64,000 nt of DNA from contig JBNKBE010000029.1 in the NCBI GenBank assembly GCA_050287085.1, positions 1-64,000 on the forward strand, read 5' to 3'. This document shows, piece after piece, positions 18,587 to 28,132 of the stretch (positions are counted from its first letter, which is position 1; the number at the start of each line of letters is the position of its first letter). The DNA is from Polyangiaceae bacterium (GTDB lineage Bacteria; Myxococcota_A; Polyangia; Polyangiales; Polyangiaceae). The position numbers and the translations under genes were made by a program. A model generated the notes under the pieces. That model was not told the origin of the DNA. It saw nothing but the letters and a program-made list of their open reading frames with translations, and ran no database searches.

Positions 18587-19176
18587 GGCGTTGCGCTAGC
18601 GATGCGGTAGAGCACGTGCCTGCGCAGCTCATGCCCTTCGGGAAGCGCAGGGTGCTCAAAATCGTCAGCGGGGTTTCGAGTCATACCCAACCTCTTCATT
18701 ACGCCGATCGATCTGATGTTTTGCGGAACGGTAAAGGACACGATCTCGGGCAACCTCGCGTGCTCAAATGCGAACGTGAGGGCGGCCCTCGCAGCCTCCG
18801 TCGCGTAGCCGTGGCCCCAATAGTCTGCGGCGAGACGCCAAGCGACTTCTACGCACGGTGTGAAATGGGCAGCAAAGCGGGGCACGGACAAGCCCACGCA
18901 ACCGATGAATGGCACGAGTGTCGAGATTTGAACGGCCCACAAACCAAAGCCGTGGTCGTGAAAATGCGTCTGGATGGACGAGAGCAGTGCGTCGCTTTGA
19001 GAGCGTGACAATGGCGCCGGGAGGAACTCCATGACTCGGGGATCCGCGTTCAGCGCAGCGAATGCGTCAGCGTCAGCCGGAAGCCAGCGACGCAACAATA
19101 GGCGCTCCGTCGTCAACTCAGTTACTTCGCCCATAGGACCACCCACGCAAGGCCGACCCTTCTGCTCGGTCGCCAC
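18529..19176 (-). CDS. GNAT N-acetyltransferase, RimJ/RimL type
   Basis: LTTERLLLRRW..D...FAALNADPRVMEF; VEVAWRL...WGHGYATEAA; N.RS..VM.RLGM. Begins right after a GTTGGGC R' box (19181-19187). Confidence 0.9.
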   Translation of the reverse strand: MATEQKGRPCVGGPMGEVTELTTERLLLRRWLPADADAFAALNADPRVMEFLPAPLSRSQSDALLSSIQTHFHDHGFGLWAVQISTLVPFIGCVGLSVPRFAAHFTPCVEVAWRLAADYWGHGYATEAARAALTFAFEHARLPEIVSFTVPQNIRSIGVMKRLGMTRNPADDFEHPALPEGHELRRHVLYRIASATPPNSGSQQTPTSRSLGRRS

Positions 19177-19262
19177 GCCCGCCCAACCTAGGTATTAAGC
19201 CGCCGGGGCCCATGTCGATGGCATTTCTATCCATTCAGATCCTGCATTCCAAGGGGTCAGCG

Positions 19263-19279
19263 GACTTTTCTACGACCTC
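19263..19279. mobile_element. Isolated IS1182-type terminal inverted repeat abutting the attC AAC
   Basis: Reverse complement GAGGTCGTAGAAAAGTC resembles the IS end GAGGCCGTAGGAAAACC at 27353. Confidence 0.55.
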
Positions 19280-19435
19280 AACGACCCTGGGTTTAACCCG
19301 CGGGGCTTTACGCGACAAGGCTGCTGGATGCCAGGCACTGAAATGAAAGCGGGCGGCGATCAGCCGCCTCATGCAGGAGAGGCCCCAGCAAGGCGAGGCG
19401 CTGCTAGCCCCGCCGGGTTCAAACCCTTGTTGGGC
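19280..19435 (-). other. attC site
   Basis: Minus strand reads GCCCAAC AAGGG TTTGAACC CGGCGGGG...CCCCGCGG GTTAAAC CCAGGGTC GTT, with internal hairpin GGCGGCGATCAGCCGCC. Confidence 0.85.
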
Positions 19436-19569
19436 GGCCCCGGATTGAATCCAGTAGTGCACTCCTGCGACGTGTGGGTCATCGTGCTTCTTTACGGCGA
19501 GCATCACGGAGGAGTTTGTCGTACCCGATGCTTGCGCATGTCCTGTCGAGCAGAGGCCGCGTGGGTTGG

Positions 19570-20274
19570 CTAGGGTTCGTCATTGGCGGCGTCCATGCTT
19601 TGTCGGGCATCGGCGGACGGGAGCTCGTTGGCGACCAGTTGCAGTAGTCGCTTGATGGTTTCAGCTGCCGGCATCGGACGTTCTTGGGCTGGTATACAGC
19701 GAGACATTCGACCATCGGTCAGGAGACGTATCTTGGCCTCGATGATTCCGTCAATCGCCATCGCTGATTGGGTGAAGCGGGCCCGGGGTGTCTCTGCCAG
19801 GCTCACAAAATGAAGTTCTCGACAACGGGCGGCGATCGGTCCTTCGTCGAAGCGAAGAATAGAGGAGCTGTGTGCGAACTCGTTTCGGATTCTGCGAATC
19901 AAGTGGAGGTCTCTTCGCGCGGACGTTGGAATGAGCCCGAGCAAATACGACACATCGATGCGTGCGGAGAAGGTGGCCAACGCAGCGGTCCCGCGGAACA
20001 ACGGATCGCTTGCTGAAGTATCGTCGACTAGGAACGCGCGAAGCACCTGCGCCAGCTTGTCTTCGAGGTGCGCGGTGGCAAATAGTGCCGCTCCACGATC
20101 AGTCTCGCGGGTGAGTTCGCGGCGGAACACAAGGACGTCCAACTCGACGAAGTCGTCGGGCAGTCCGAGGCTTGTCAGAGCGGAGGCAAACGCCTTGTGC
20201 AGGGCCTCCGGATCGGGTGTGCCCATCCGAGCGCCTAGATCAGCTGGAATGTCGTCGTCGTTCGAGTTTGGCAT
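19570..20274 (-). CDS. MtlR-like / HEPN-related protein
   Basis: ETDRGAAL...LEDKL; LATFSARI..YLLGLI...DLHLIRRIRNEFAH (RxxxxH). RBS AGGAGG before the ATG at 20274. Confidence 0.75.
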   Translation of the reverse strand: MPNSNDDDIPADLGARMGTPDPEALHKAFASALTSLGLPDDFVELDVLVFRRELTRETDRGAALFATAHLEDKLAQVLRAFLVDDTSASDPLFRGTAALATFSARIDVSYLLGLIPTSARRDLHLIRRIRNEFAHSSSILRFDEGPIAARCRELHFVSLAETPRARFTQSAMAIDGIIEAKIRLLTDGRMSRCIPAQERPMPAAETIKRLLQLVANELPSADARQSMDAANDEP

Positions 20275-20489
20275 GTTCCTCCTTCGAGACCCCGGCGAGC
20301 AGCCGTCTGGCCGCTTGCGTCGCGCCCTTGCTGGTGGACCGCAACCATACCACTGAGTTCGGCGCTGCTCCATTTGAGGTTTGCCCCGCGAGCTGTCAGT
20401 GAGAACGTGAGGCTGTTTCCTGCGGAAGTTCGCAGGAAAGCTGGCGGCGCCCTGCCTTCAGGAGGAGGCAAGTTATGGGTCCGCCCAAC

Positions 20490-20679
20490 GAGGCCGTAGG
20501 AGAACCCACCTGCGAGGCGAGCGCAACCTCGCCGGTCCCCGATTGGCGGATTTTTGTGATCCATGTCCAGGGCTCGCGTCTCGTTCGCCCCAGCGGCGCC
20601 CTCAGGGCGCCGCTGGGGCCCTGCTAGGCTCTGCCTGGCGGGGTGGCGCCCGCTATCTTTTCTATGTTGTGGACCAACG
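20490..20679 (-). mobile_element. IS1182-family right-end remnant (190 bp)
   Basis: Near-identical to 27353-27542. Begins immediately after GCCCAAC. Confidence 0.8.
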
Positions 20680-20933
20680 GCGTGCAGGCGTTGAACTCAG
20701 AGGACTTGTCGGCGTGTCATCCTCGCTTTCTGATCGTCATCGAAGCACTGAATCGAAGGTACTCAACAGCGGCGTCTCTGATGTTGCGCCATAGGGGCGC
20801 TGTTTCAGAGGAGGACTATCGTGAATGGCCGGCCTTTCGAGAGTTTCGTGACCGCGCTGAGTTCCGGAATGCATTTCGCCAGCTGTTTCGAAAGGACTAC
20901 GTGCCTCAGCTCGACGTCTCTGCGTCAGGCTAA
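20680..20933 (+). pseudogene. 3' fragment of an inverted cassette gene
   Basis: ...YREWPAFREFRDRAEFRNAFRQLF...SG* ends in the TAA of the attC GGCTAAC. The 5' end is replaced by the IS remnant. Confidence 0.5.
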
Positions 20934-21088
20934 CGGCTTGCCAATAGCCCGCGGGGAGCTATTGGCAAGACCTACCAGGATGCGAGGCTACCAGCAAACC
21001 GTGGCGGCGACTAGCCGCCACCTCCAGGAGGCCTTCAAGCGGAGCCAGGCGCTTCAGGATCCCCGTCGGGTTCATTGGCTTTATGGGT
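20928..21088 (-). other. attC site (family shared with 23802 and 28133)
   Basis: GGCTAACGGCTTGCCAATAGCCCGCGGGG...CCCCGTCGGGTTCATTGGC imperfect inverted repeat. R'' box degenerate. Confidence 0.85.
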
Positions 21089-21158
21089 AGTCCGTCCTGG
21101 TTTTTGGAGCTTTGGGCCTCAGCTGCAAAGCTCTCGGAGTTGGGACATGCACCCGAGG

Positions 21159-22202
21159 CTACGAATCTTCATTGGCGATATGGGTAGTCCGTCCAGTTGA
21201 GAGCGCAATCGCCAGACGCCTCAGTATTCTGGGCACCGCGACGTCCAGCCAGTTGAGCGCTGCGGAGATCGCAGGCTCCTCGGCGTGCCCCGAGTGCAGT
21301 AGCGAACTGCGGACATCGTATGCGTTCTTTATGTTCCTCTCGGCCTCGTCTTCAGTTTCCTCCAGCTCGAGTGCGTGCTCGCGCGCCATTCGCCGTAGGC
21401 CAGCCGAAATCGATTCCCGCTTCAGAGCCGCGATGCGAGCGCGTACACGCTTGACGGCAGCGGCAGACTCGGGGTCTTTGTCGGTCTCGTCAGAGTCAGA
21501 AAGAGCCGTGAGCGCCTTCTCGAGCAGCTGCACGTCTCGCGGTGCGACGTGAGCAGGCGGCAGGAGTGTTTCGAGTGATGTTGTCAGAGAGACGAGGCGA
21601 GCGCGACCAGACTCACCGAGGGCCGTGGCGTAGAGCTCGATCGCCAAAGATAGCCGCGCGTCCCGCGCTACTGCGTCTGGCTGCCGGAGGCCCAGGTTCT
21701 CAGCGAGCCGCTTCAATAGACGCGCAGCTGGCGTCTGGATTGTTGCATGGACATCCCCGGCTCCGTACTCCGTGATGCGCAAGTGGTCCGGCACTATTGC
21801 GGCTGGCGAGCTATGAATCCAACCATCAAGATGAGTCCAGCCGGTGGCCACTAGAAACCGAAAGTTCGGGTTCTGTTGGATGTCGATTGGCGCGTCCTCC
21901 ATGTTCACCGTCTGCAGCCGAGTCTCGGGAATCAAGCTGAAACCGTCTTCCACTACGAGCTGAAGCACTGCACCAGCGAGCTTCGGTAGAAACTCCCTGG
22001 CATCCGACTCTTTGGAGAAGCCAGCAATGAGCAGCCTGTCGCGGCCACTGACGCGGAGCGCTTGGAGGGAAAGCCCGTTGAGCTCAACCCGGCCGTCCTC
22101 GTGGGCCGTCAACATTCGCCCAGGTCCGACGCGAACAGGGACGCTGAGTGTGTAAGCAGCAGGGCCGGTGCCCGAAGAGGCCTTCCGTATGTAGAGGTTC
22201 AT
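21159..22202 (-). CDS. ApeA-like HEPN domain protein (putative RNase)
   Basis: RLVSLTTSLETL helix and C-terminal YDVRSSLLHSG (RxxxxH). Confidence 0.7.
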   Translation of the reverse strand: MNLYIRKASSGTGPAAYTLSVPVRVGPGRMLTAHEDGRVELNGLSLQALRVSGRDRLLIAGFSKESDAREFLPKLAGAVLQLVVEDGFSLIPETRLQTVNMEDAPIDIQQNPNFRFLVATGWTHLDGWIHSSPAAIVPDHLRITEYGAGDVHATIQTPAARLLKRLAENLGLRQPDAVARDARLSLAIELYATALGESGRARLVSLTTSLETLLPPAHVAPRDVQLLEKALTALSDSDETDKDPESAAAVKRVRARIAALKRESISAGLRRMAREHALELEETEDEAERNIKNAYDVRSSLLHSGHAEEPAISAALNWLDVAVPRILRRLAIALSTGRTTHIANEDS

Positions 22203-22243
22203 TGCTTCGGATGTAGGAACGTGAGCGGGTGCGTCGGGCTAAC

Positions 22244-22290
22244 GAGCATGTAGGAAAACCCACCGCCGAGATCAGCGCAACCCCGCCCGG
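22244..22290 (-). mobile_element. Diverged IS1182-type end
   Basis: GAGCATGTAGGAAAACCCACC...AGCGCAACC, directly after GGCTAAC. Confidence 0.55.
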
Positions 22291-22333
22291 CGCAGCTGCT
22301 GCCCGCATTCCGCCTTAACTGCACTTCTGGGGG

Positions 22334-22481
22334 GGCCGACGGCTTGTTTTTAAGTCGCCAGGGGCCACGCGAAAAGGGGAATCGTGAGGAACAATCCCAG
22401 AATAGGGCGGCGATCAGCCGCCACCCTATTCTGCAAGGCGAGAGGCCGATGCCCCTGGTCGGTTTCAAAAACTTGTTAGCC
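22334..22481 (-). other. attC site
   Basis: Minus strand reads GGCTAAC AAGTT TTTGAAAC CGAC CAGGGG...CCCCTG GCG ACTTAAA AACAAGCC GTCGG, with internal GGCGGCGATCAGCCGCC. Confidence 0.8.
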
Positions 22482-22503
22482 AGCAACCGGCTGCAGTCTT
22501 TGG

Positions 22504-22824
22504 TCAGTCTTCTCTGAATCCGCAAGCGACGAGCAGAGCGGTTTCGACATCGAGCCAGCGCTCGTTGGGAAGTGTGCAAATGACGGCACCGATTCGATCG
22601 CGTTGCGCGAGCGACACGTGGTCGAAGTTGAGTGCAGAGGTGGTTGGCATCCCGTCATCCTCAGTAAGGATCACCTCAGTCGAGAGGCCACGGATGGTTC
22701 GAGTGACCGGGGCGACGATGATTTCGTTGAGACGCCCGAGGACACTGTCCCTGGTCAGGATGAGTACAGGTCAGCGTTTGTCGGGGGAGCGAAAGGTGTA
22801 CCAGCGGATATCGCCTCTGTTCAC
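22504..22824 (-). pseudogene. mazF: PemK/MazF-family toxin with premature stop
   Basis: Manual translation MNRGDIRWYTFRSPDKR*PVLILTRD..LNEIIVAPVTRTIRGL..EV.L...GMP...LNFDH. TGA at 22771-22773 replaces the Arg of KRRP. Confidence 0.9.
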
Positions 22825-23024
22825 TCGAAGTTCTCCCAGCCGTCAGCGTCCCAGGCGAGGGGGTCTACATCAGAATCAAACTCATCGGGGGAAACTGGTG
22901 CAGCTTCATACGTTTGAGCGTCAGTTCTTGAATTGGCTGCGAGTTTGAACAGACGCAGCCGTTCTTTGGGGCTGAGACGGGTGAAAAGCGGAAGGAGCTC
23001 TTCTGCTGTCAGGGGCTGAGCCAT
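22821..23024 (-). CDS. Putative antitoxin upstream of the MazF-type toxin
   Basis: 67 aa with an acidic C-terminus. GTGA overlap with the toxin start. Confidence 0.7.
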   Translation of the reverse strand: MAQPLTAEELLPLFTRLSPKERLRLFKLAANSRTDAQTYEAAPVSPDEFDSDVDPLAWDADGWENFE

Positions 23025-23384
23025 CGGAGAATACTACCAGCCTTGGGGAGAGCCAGGCCAGGGCCATGTGCCGAGGGGTCTTGACCGAAACGTGAGCCAG
23101 GGATGGGCCAAACTGGCGCGTTTCGGCCCGTTCAGGTCCCCACAGCGGGGAAGTCGACAGGAACGTTGGTCCCCGGATTGAGCCGCCCCTGAAACTGAGG
23201 CCCGGGAAACGCCTCAAGGACCTTGATGGTCCCGACAATAATATGTCTGTTGAAGGCCTCAAGGTCCTCAGCGGGAACCCAAAGCTCCTGATGAGTAGAA
23301 CCAGTGGCGTCTTGGACGGATACCGTCTTGCGAAGGCGTTATCGAGCTCGAACTGGGTGACAAACCCAATGAAGCCAGAGAAGA

Positions 23385-23801
23385 TACCTCGCTGAGGATC
23401 TGAGCGTCGCGTCGATCGGTCTTGATGCCCCTGCTACCGACGCCGAGTGTGCGGACCAGTGTAGCGGGGACGACGCGAACTTGGTGACCGCAGGCAGCCG
23501 CGGCTTCGGCAATCCGGTAGGCCTCGGTGCAGCTCTCGAGGATGGCACGACTCTGGCCTCGCTGCCGAAGCAAGGCAGCGAGAGAACGTGTCAACGCGCG
23601 AGCTTCGTGAACGAGGTAACCGCGCTCGTCGCGGATACAGACTTGGGAAGCGCGACCTCCGAGGTCGATGGCGATGTGCTCCATGGTGAGGCACCTGTCT
23701 TGGAGTTGAGAAGCAAAGTGTGACTCACAGGGCATCTCGTGTGGCCTGGATCTGCATCCGAAGCGCCTTTGGTCCCTGAGAGCGTCACTTGCATCTCATC
23801 T
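23385..23801 (-). mobile_element. IS110-family element remnant (5' non-coding region plus N-terminal DEDD domain)
   Basis: MEHIAIDLG...ILESC...GHQVRVV...KTDRRDA, truncated after the RuvC-like domain. Its upstream end abuts a truncated attC. Confidence 0.85.
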
Positions 23802-23936
23802 GGGAGCTACGGCAAGACCTTTCAGGATGCGAGGCTACCAGCAATCTGTGGCGGCGACCAGCCGCCACCTGCAGGAGACCTTCAAGCGGAGCGAGGCGCG
23901 TCAGGCTCCCCGTCGGTGTTCATTGGCGTGATAGCC
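23802..23936 (-). other. attC site missing its R' arm (interrupted by IS110)
   Basis: GGGAGCTACGGCAAGACCTTTCAGGATGCGAGGCTACC...CCCCGTCGGTGTTCATTGGC matches about 20953-21080 and 28155-28281. Confidence 0.8.
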
Positions 23937-23968
23937 TTCCTCCGTCATCTTGCGACACCAATTGCTGG

Positions 23969-24916
23969 TCAGTGTGACAGCACTGGCGCTGGTGGCGCCG
24001 ACGGCGTTGAACTCGGCACGAGCGATGGCGAGCGAGGCACCATAACGTACTTGATGTAGTAGAGGCACAACTCAAGACGGAGTCGTGACTCGAAGCACGG
24101 CAGGAGCGTCGTTCTGATCTTCTCCTTTGCCTCCAAGTCAGCTTCTTCACAAAGCTGCTTGCCATAGGTGCTAATGGACAGGGCGGCTGAGAAAACCGCC
24201 CCGTCTACTGGGAGCTCCAGACGATGAACTATGATCGATCCAATGGACGCTTCGCCATCGCGGGTACTCGCTACATAGGACTTCTCACGAATCCCAGTTC
24301 GCTTGTCCGCGTGGAAGAGGAAGCCACGGTCTCTCGCCACCATCACGTGATGAAAGCCAGTTCGCGAGTCGTTCGCGAGCGCGTCAAGCTCAAGGTCGTC
24401 CTCACTATTGATTCGGACGAGCCACCCCCAGCCATCGCCGACATCGCATGCGAGGCTGACACCGACTTGATCGATGTCCATACCGTGAACGTCTACGAGC
24501 GCTCGCTGCAGGTGTTCCAGGATGCACCGGAGCTGCACCTCAGGGCGTGTGATTTGCTCAAACGGATGAGCGGGAAGAGGGCACTTCTCCTTCCTCACGA
24601 AACTGGCAAAACGCTCAAACTTGGCGCGTGTGATTCCGTTGGTCGACTTGAGAAGGCGTGCCAGAACGTAGTCGTTGTTGTTCCGGACCGTGATCTCATA
24701 GTTAACGGCTTTGGCCTTGGCGATCGAGAACGCGGAGGCAAGGACGATGACAACCGTACCCAGAACCAGTTCGAGCGTGCCAATCTCGATGTCGAACAGC
24801 CGCAGAGCAAGACCGACAAGTCCGGGAAGCGGCGGGATTAGGCCCGCGACTAGCCAGTGTTCGACGAAAAATGCGAACACCCGACGCGGCCACCGCTGCG
24901 CTCCCCCGGGGTCCAT
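23969..24916 (-). CDS. Two-TM membrane protein with a GAF-like-looking cytoplasmic domain
   Basis: Two N-terminal hydrophobic helices; GSII...L....AALSISTYGKQL C-terminal pattern. Confidence 0.65.
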   Translation of the reverse strand: MDPGGAQRWPRRVFAFFVEHWLVAGLIPPLPGLVGLALRLFDIEIGTLELVLGTVVIVLASAFSIAKAKAVNYEITVRNNNDYVLARLLKSTNGITRAKFERFASFVRKEKCPLPAHPFEQITRPEVQLRCILEHLQRALVDVHGMDIDQVGVSLACDVGDGWGWLVRINSEDDLELDALANDSRTGFHHVMVARDRGFLFHADKRTGIREKSYVASTRDGEASIGSIIVHRLELPVDGAVFSAALSISTYGKQLCEEADLEAKEKIRTTLLPCFESRLRLELCLYYIKYVMVPRSPSLVPSSTPSAPPAPVLSH

Positions 24917-24924
24917 TTTTGGTG

Positions 24925-25140
24925 TCAGCTCTCTTCGAAGCTCGGCAGCGCCTGAAGATCGCAGCGCACTAACCGGTTCGAGTCGGATATCGCCTGATCG
25001 TCGCCGGATTGGTAGGAAAACGCCAGGCGGTTCTTGGATGAGATGTGCTCAGGTACTCGGCGGAATGGGCGGGTAACTGCGCGCCAGAATGTGTCAGCCG
25101 ATGCGTCCGCCCCCAGCCGCGTCCGGTCGTTGGTCTTCAT
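24925..25140 (-). CDS. Small hypothetical protein
   Basis: 71-aa ATG ORF ending 8 nt before the membrane protein start, preceded by an AT-richer region. Confidence 0.4.
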   Translation of the reverse strand: MKTNDRTRLGADASADTFWRAVTRPFRRVPEHISSKNRLAFSYQSGDDQAISDSNRLVRCDLQALPSFEES

Positions 25141-25299
25141 TGGTTATGGAAACGTACTTGGAAGACCGGCGGGGTGCCAACAGTCAGAACAAATATGTGG
25201 GCAAAGGTGGTGGATAATTGCTGTGGCTTTGTAGGCTGGCAATTTGGCGCAGCTCAAACCAGTGAACACCATTGGCGGCGGACCCGGCCGTGGCTGTCA

Positions 25300-25456
25300 G
25301 GCTAACGCCCTGCCATTCTGCCGCCGCGCAGGGCGCCACAGGTTACAACGACCGGCCTCCACGACCAACGGGAGTGAAGAGGCGGCGGCCGCGGGATGAC
25401 GTCTCTGCGAAGCGACAGCCTACACGGTCGCGGTCGGCAGAAATCGCCTGTTTGCC
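25300..25456 (-). other. attC site
   Basis: GGCTAACGCCCTGCCATTCTGCCGCCGCG...CGCGGTCGGCAGAAATCGCCTGTTTG. Confidence 0.75.
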
Positions 25457-25475
25457 GGCCTACGATATTTGGCTT

Positions 25476-26999
25476 TCATGGTCCGGTGGAGTCAACGCGT
25501 CCAAAGATCGCATTCAGTGCACCGGAGATCCGGGAGGACTGGGTTCTTAACGCATCGAGGGTAGTCTTTAGCTGCCCGTCGTGAACCTGAATAAGTCGAA
25601 TGTACTTGCCTGAATCGATATCGGTTGCATCGAAAAGGATGTCGATGACCCGACCGTTGGCGATAGACCCGGTAGCATGCCACAGGAAGCGCGGCAGACT
25701 CCGTCCAAGCAAGCCGTGCATCTCTTCATTGGAGGGTAGGGACCACGTCGCGGCGTCCGCGCGAAAATCTCGAAGCGATGTGAGTCGCAAGTCCCAGGTG
25801 ACGTTGCCTAGTTGAGGCACGATCGCGCTTAGGACGCGAAATATAGTGTCGAGGTCCAGGAGGTCCTTTAGAGGTCGCCGGAAGGAAAGTCGTATCTTGT
25901 TGTAGAGCGGGAAGAGTACAGCTTGGGGAATTGCACGGATTCCAGCGTACTGACCCCCCAGGCCCCAGGAGGTCGAGAGACTCCAGTCGGGAGTGCCTGA
26001 GGCGGCACCAAATTCCATCCTGGCGTGAGGGCCGACCTGGTCGTCATGTACATACAGCTTGTCGATTCCCGACGAGCGCAGCAGTGTATTCCCAAATATC
26101 GGTGGGTCTTGGTTGGACGGGATGCTGTAGCCCGTAGTGGCGGCCGCGTGATAACCGATCTCGACAGGCGTGCCGTCTTGTTCACCTACGATCTTGAAGA
26201 TGAGTAGGCCGGGAATGCCTCCCGCGACGTAGGCATAGATTGCGGCTTTGGTCGCGAGTTCATCGGCAGCGTCGACATAAAATGGTTCCAAACCGATTGA
26301 GCGAATGGCGTGGGCCATTTGTTCGATTGTCAGTCCGTCTGCATTCGGGAAAACCCGCTGACGCATGGGCATCCGGTCAGTTGCCCAACGGGTGATCTCT
26401 ACCGGCGAGAGCGGGGAGTGCTGGAATGTCTGACCGGTCACATTGAGCGCAGACCAAAGTGCACTGGTGGCACATGCTGCGGTCACCTGGTCTTGTTCCT
26501 GAAAGGGGACGGTGCTGACAGCAAGCTCCAGACCGGACAGATTGGCTCGGCAGCTCACGCTGGTCGTGAAATGTCGACGGCCACCGTCCGAATCGTAGTG
26601 AGCTAGAGCGGTTCTGCCGACCACGCTGCGAGGTAGCGGTCTAACCACCAAGAAGCCGCGATAGCTTTGCTTAATAGCTTCTGCTTCTTGACCCTCTGGA
26701 GCCCGAATCGCAGTGAAGAACTGACTTTGGTCGAATGTCGAGGCAAAGAAGTGCAGACGTGTACAGTGACGTTTGTACGGATGAAAACACTTTACGTAAT
26801 AAGCGGCGAAGTCGTTCAGATAGTCATGGTCCACATAGGGCCTTTCGACGACCATCGTTTCGACGCCAACCCGGGCGAAGTAGTCCTCAAAGTAGCGATT
26901 CTTGAGCTTCGCCGCGATGAGCTCGGCTGAAGCTTCGGATGCCACCCTTAGCTGCTCGGCGAAGCTCTCTATTGAATATGCCAGAACAGCGGTCGACAT
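25476..26999 (-). CDS. Uncharacterised papain/C39-like cysteine peptidase-fold protein
   Basis: FQEQDQVTAACATSALW (Gln...Cys), GYHAAATTGY (His), LYVHDDQVGP (Asp). Confidence 0.7.
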   Translation of the reverse strand: MSTAVLAYSIESFAEQLRVASEASAELIAAKLKNRYFEDYFARVGVETMVVERPYVDHDYLNDFAAYYVKCFHPYKRHCTRLHFFASTFDQSQFFTAIRAPEGQEAEAIKQSYRGFLVVRPLPRSVVGRTALAHYDSDGGRRHFTTSVSCRANLSGLELAVSTVPFQEQDQVTAACATSALWSALNVTGQTFQHSPLSPVEITRWATDRMPMRQRVFPNADGLTIEQMAHAIRSIGLEPFYVDAADELATKAAIYAYVAGGIPGLLIFKIVGEQDGTPVEIGYHAAATTGYSIPSNQDPPIFGNTLLRSSGIDKLYVHDDQVGPHARMEFGAASGTPDWSLSTSWGLGGQYAGIRAIPQAVLFPLYNKIRLSFRRPLKDLLDLDTIFRVLSAIVPQLGNVTWDLRLTSLRDFRADAATWSLPSNEEMHGLLGRSLPRFLWHATGSIANGRVIDILFDATDIDSGKYIRLIQVHDGQLKTTLDALRTQSSRISGALNAIFGRVDSTGP

Positions 27000-27025
27000 C
27001 GCTTCGTGGAGATCGACTCAGAAGT

Positions 27026-27214
27026 TCAGAGCGTAATCGGTGTCCGAAGCTTCCGTGGATCGAGGCACTCCGCTTGTTTCAGAATCTGCAGGGCACGGCT
27101 CTGCGATTTGCTGTAGGCGTCAAACTTCGTGGCGGCGTCTTCGCTACGCACAAAGTTTTCCACTGCGGATTTCAACTCTCGCAGGGTCTGCTCGTTGTCG
27201 GAGGCATTCGGCAC
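27026..27214 (-). CDS. 62-aa partner protein, copy A
   Basis: GTG start gives 62 aa. Gapless homology to 28971..29159. Lies 26 nt upstream of the peptidase. Confidence 0.7.
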   Translation of the reverse strand: MPNASDNEQTLRELKSAVENFVRSEDAATKFDAYSKSQSRALQILKQAECLDPRKLRTPITL

Positions 27215-27226
27215 GGTACGCAAAGG

Positions 27227-27254
27227 ATTCTGGGAGAGTCTGATCATTTGTCAA
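27227..27254 (-). promoter_or_regulatory. Possible sigma70-type promoter for the small-protein/peptidase pair
   Basis: Minus strand TTGACA-N16-CAGAAT just upstream of the GTG. Confidence 0.35.
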
Positions 27255-27352
27255 GGCGAAACAGGTTCGCCCTGGTATCGCGATTTCGCTGGGACACGCT
27301 GCAATATCCACGCCAAAGGCGAACCACAGGCTCTCAGCTTGGTCCGCCCAAC

Positions 27353-28132
27353 GAGGCCGTAGGAAAACCCACCTGCGAGGCGAGCGCAACCTCGCCGGTC
27401 CCCGATTGGCGGATCTTTGTGATCTATGTCCAGGGCTCGCGTCTCGTTCGCCCGGGCGGCGCCCTCAGGGCCCCGCTGGGGCCCTGCTAGGCTCTGCCTG
27501 GCGGGGTGGCACCGGCTATCTTTTCTATGTTGTGGACCAACGTGAAGAGCTGCCACTGGGCGCTCACTTTGCGCTGCCCGCGCAGCGTGAATCGACGCAT
27601 ACCCTTGTTCTGCAAGTTGCCGAAGACGGGTTCGACGGTGCCCATACGGCGGCTGTAGAGCTCTCTGCCGACGGGGCTGTCGAACTTGAAACGCATTCGC
27701 TCGGCGGGTGAGCTGTGCTTGGGTCGGTGCTTTGGTAGTGGCCCAACCTGCTCTTTGATCACGGTCAGCTGACGCTGCGGAGTACGGTAGGGATGTCGCA
27801 GACACTGGTGTCGCAGATGGCAGCCGCGACAGGCCGTCAGCGGCGCTCTGAAGCGGTCGACGAGGTAGCCGTTGAACAACATGCTGGTGCCGCTCTTGTA
27901 AAGCCTCTGCCCCGCGGGACAGATGCAGAGCGCTCGCGCTGCGTCGTAAGAGGCCCTTCGTAGCCCGACCCGTGAGGCTCAGCCTGGACGACGAATTGGC
28001 CGCGCTCATCTACGACGGCAAGTCCGTTGTTCCCTGCAGAACGCCGCGAGAGCTCGTCGTCTTCGCGCTCTCGGGATCGGTGAGGTTGCTCTTCTGTTCG
28101 TTGCCAGAGGGGCCGCGCTTCTTGCCGACCTC
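27353..28132 (-). mobile_element. Internally deleted IS1182-family element flanked by AAC on both sides
   Basis: Transposase fragments KSNLTDPESAK..GVLQG..VVD..Q and YSRRMGTVEPVFGNL..KGMRRFTLRG..KV..QW.L..LVHNIEK. Context GCCCAAC|GAGG...CCTC|AACGGCTTG. Confidence 0.8.

Noticed and set aside
19235..19507. 90-aa minus-strand ORF
   Set aside because: Mostly read-through of the attC and IS end; at best the 3' scrap of a deleted cassette gene.
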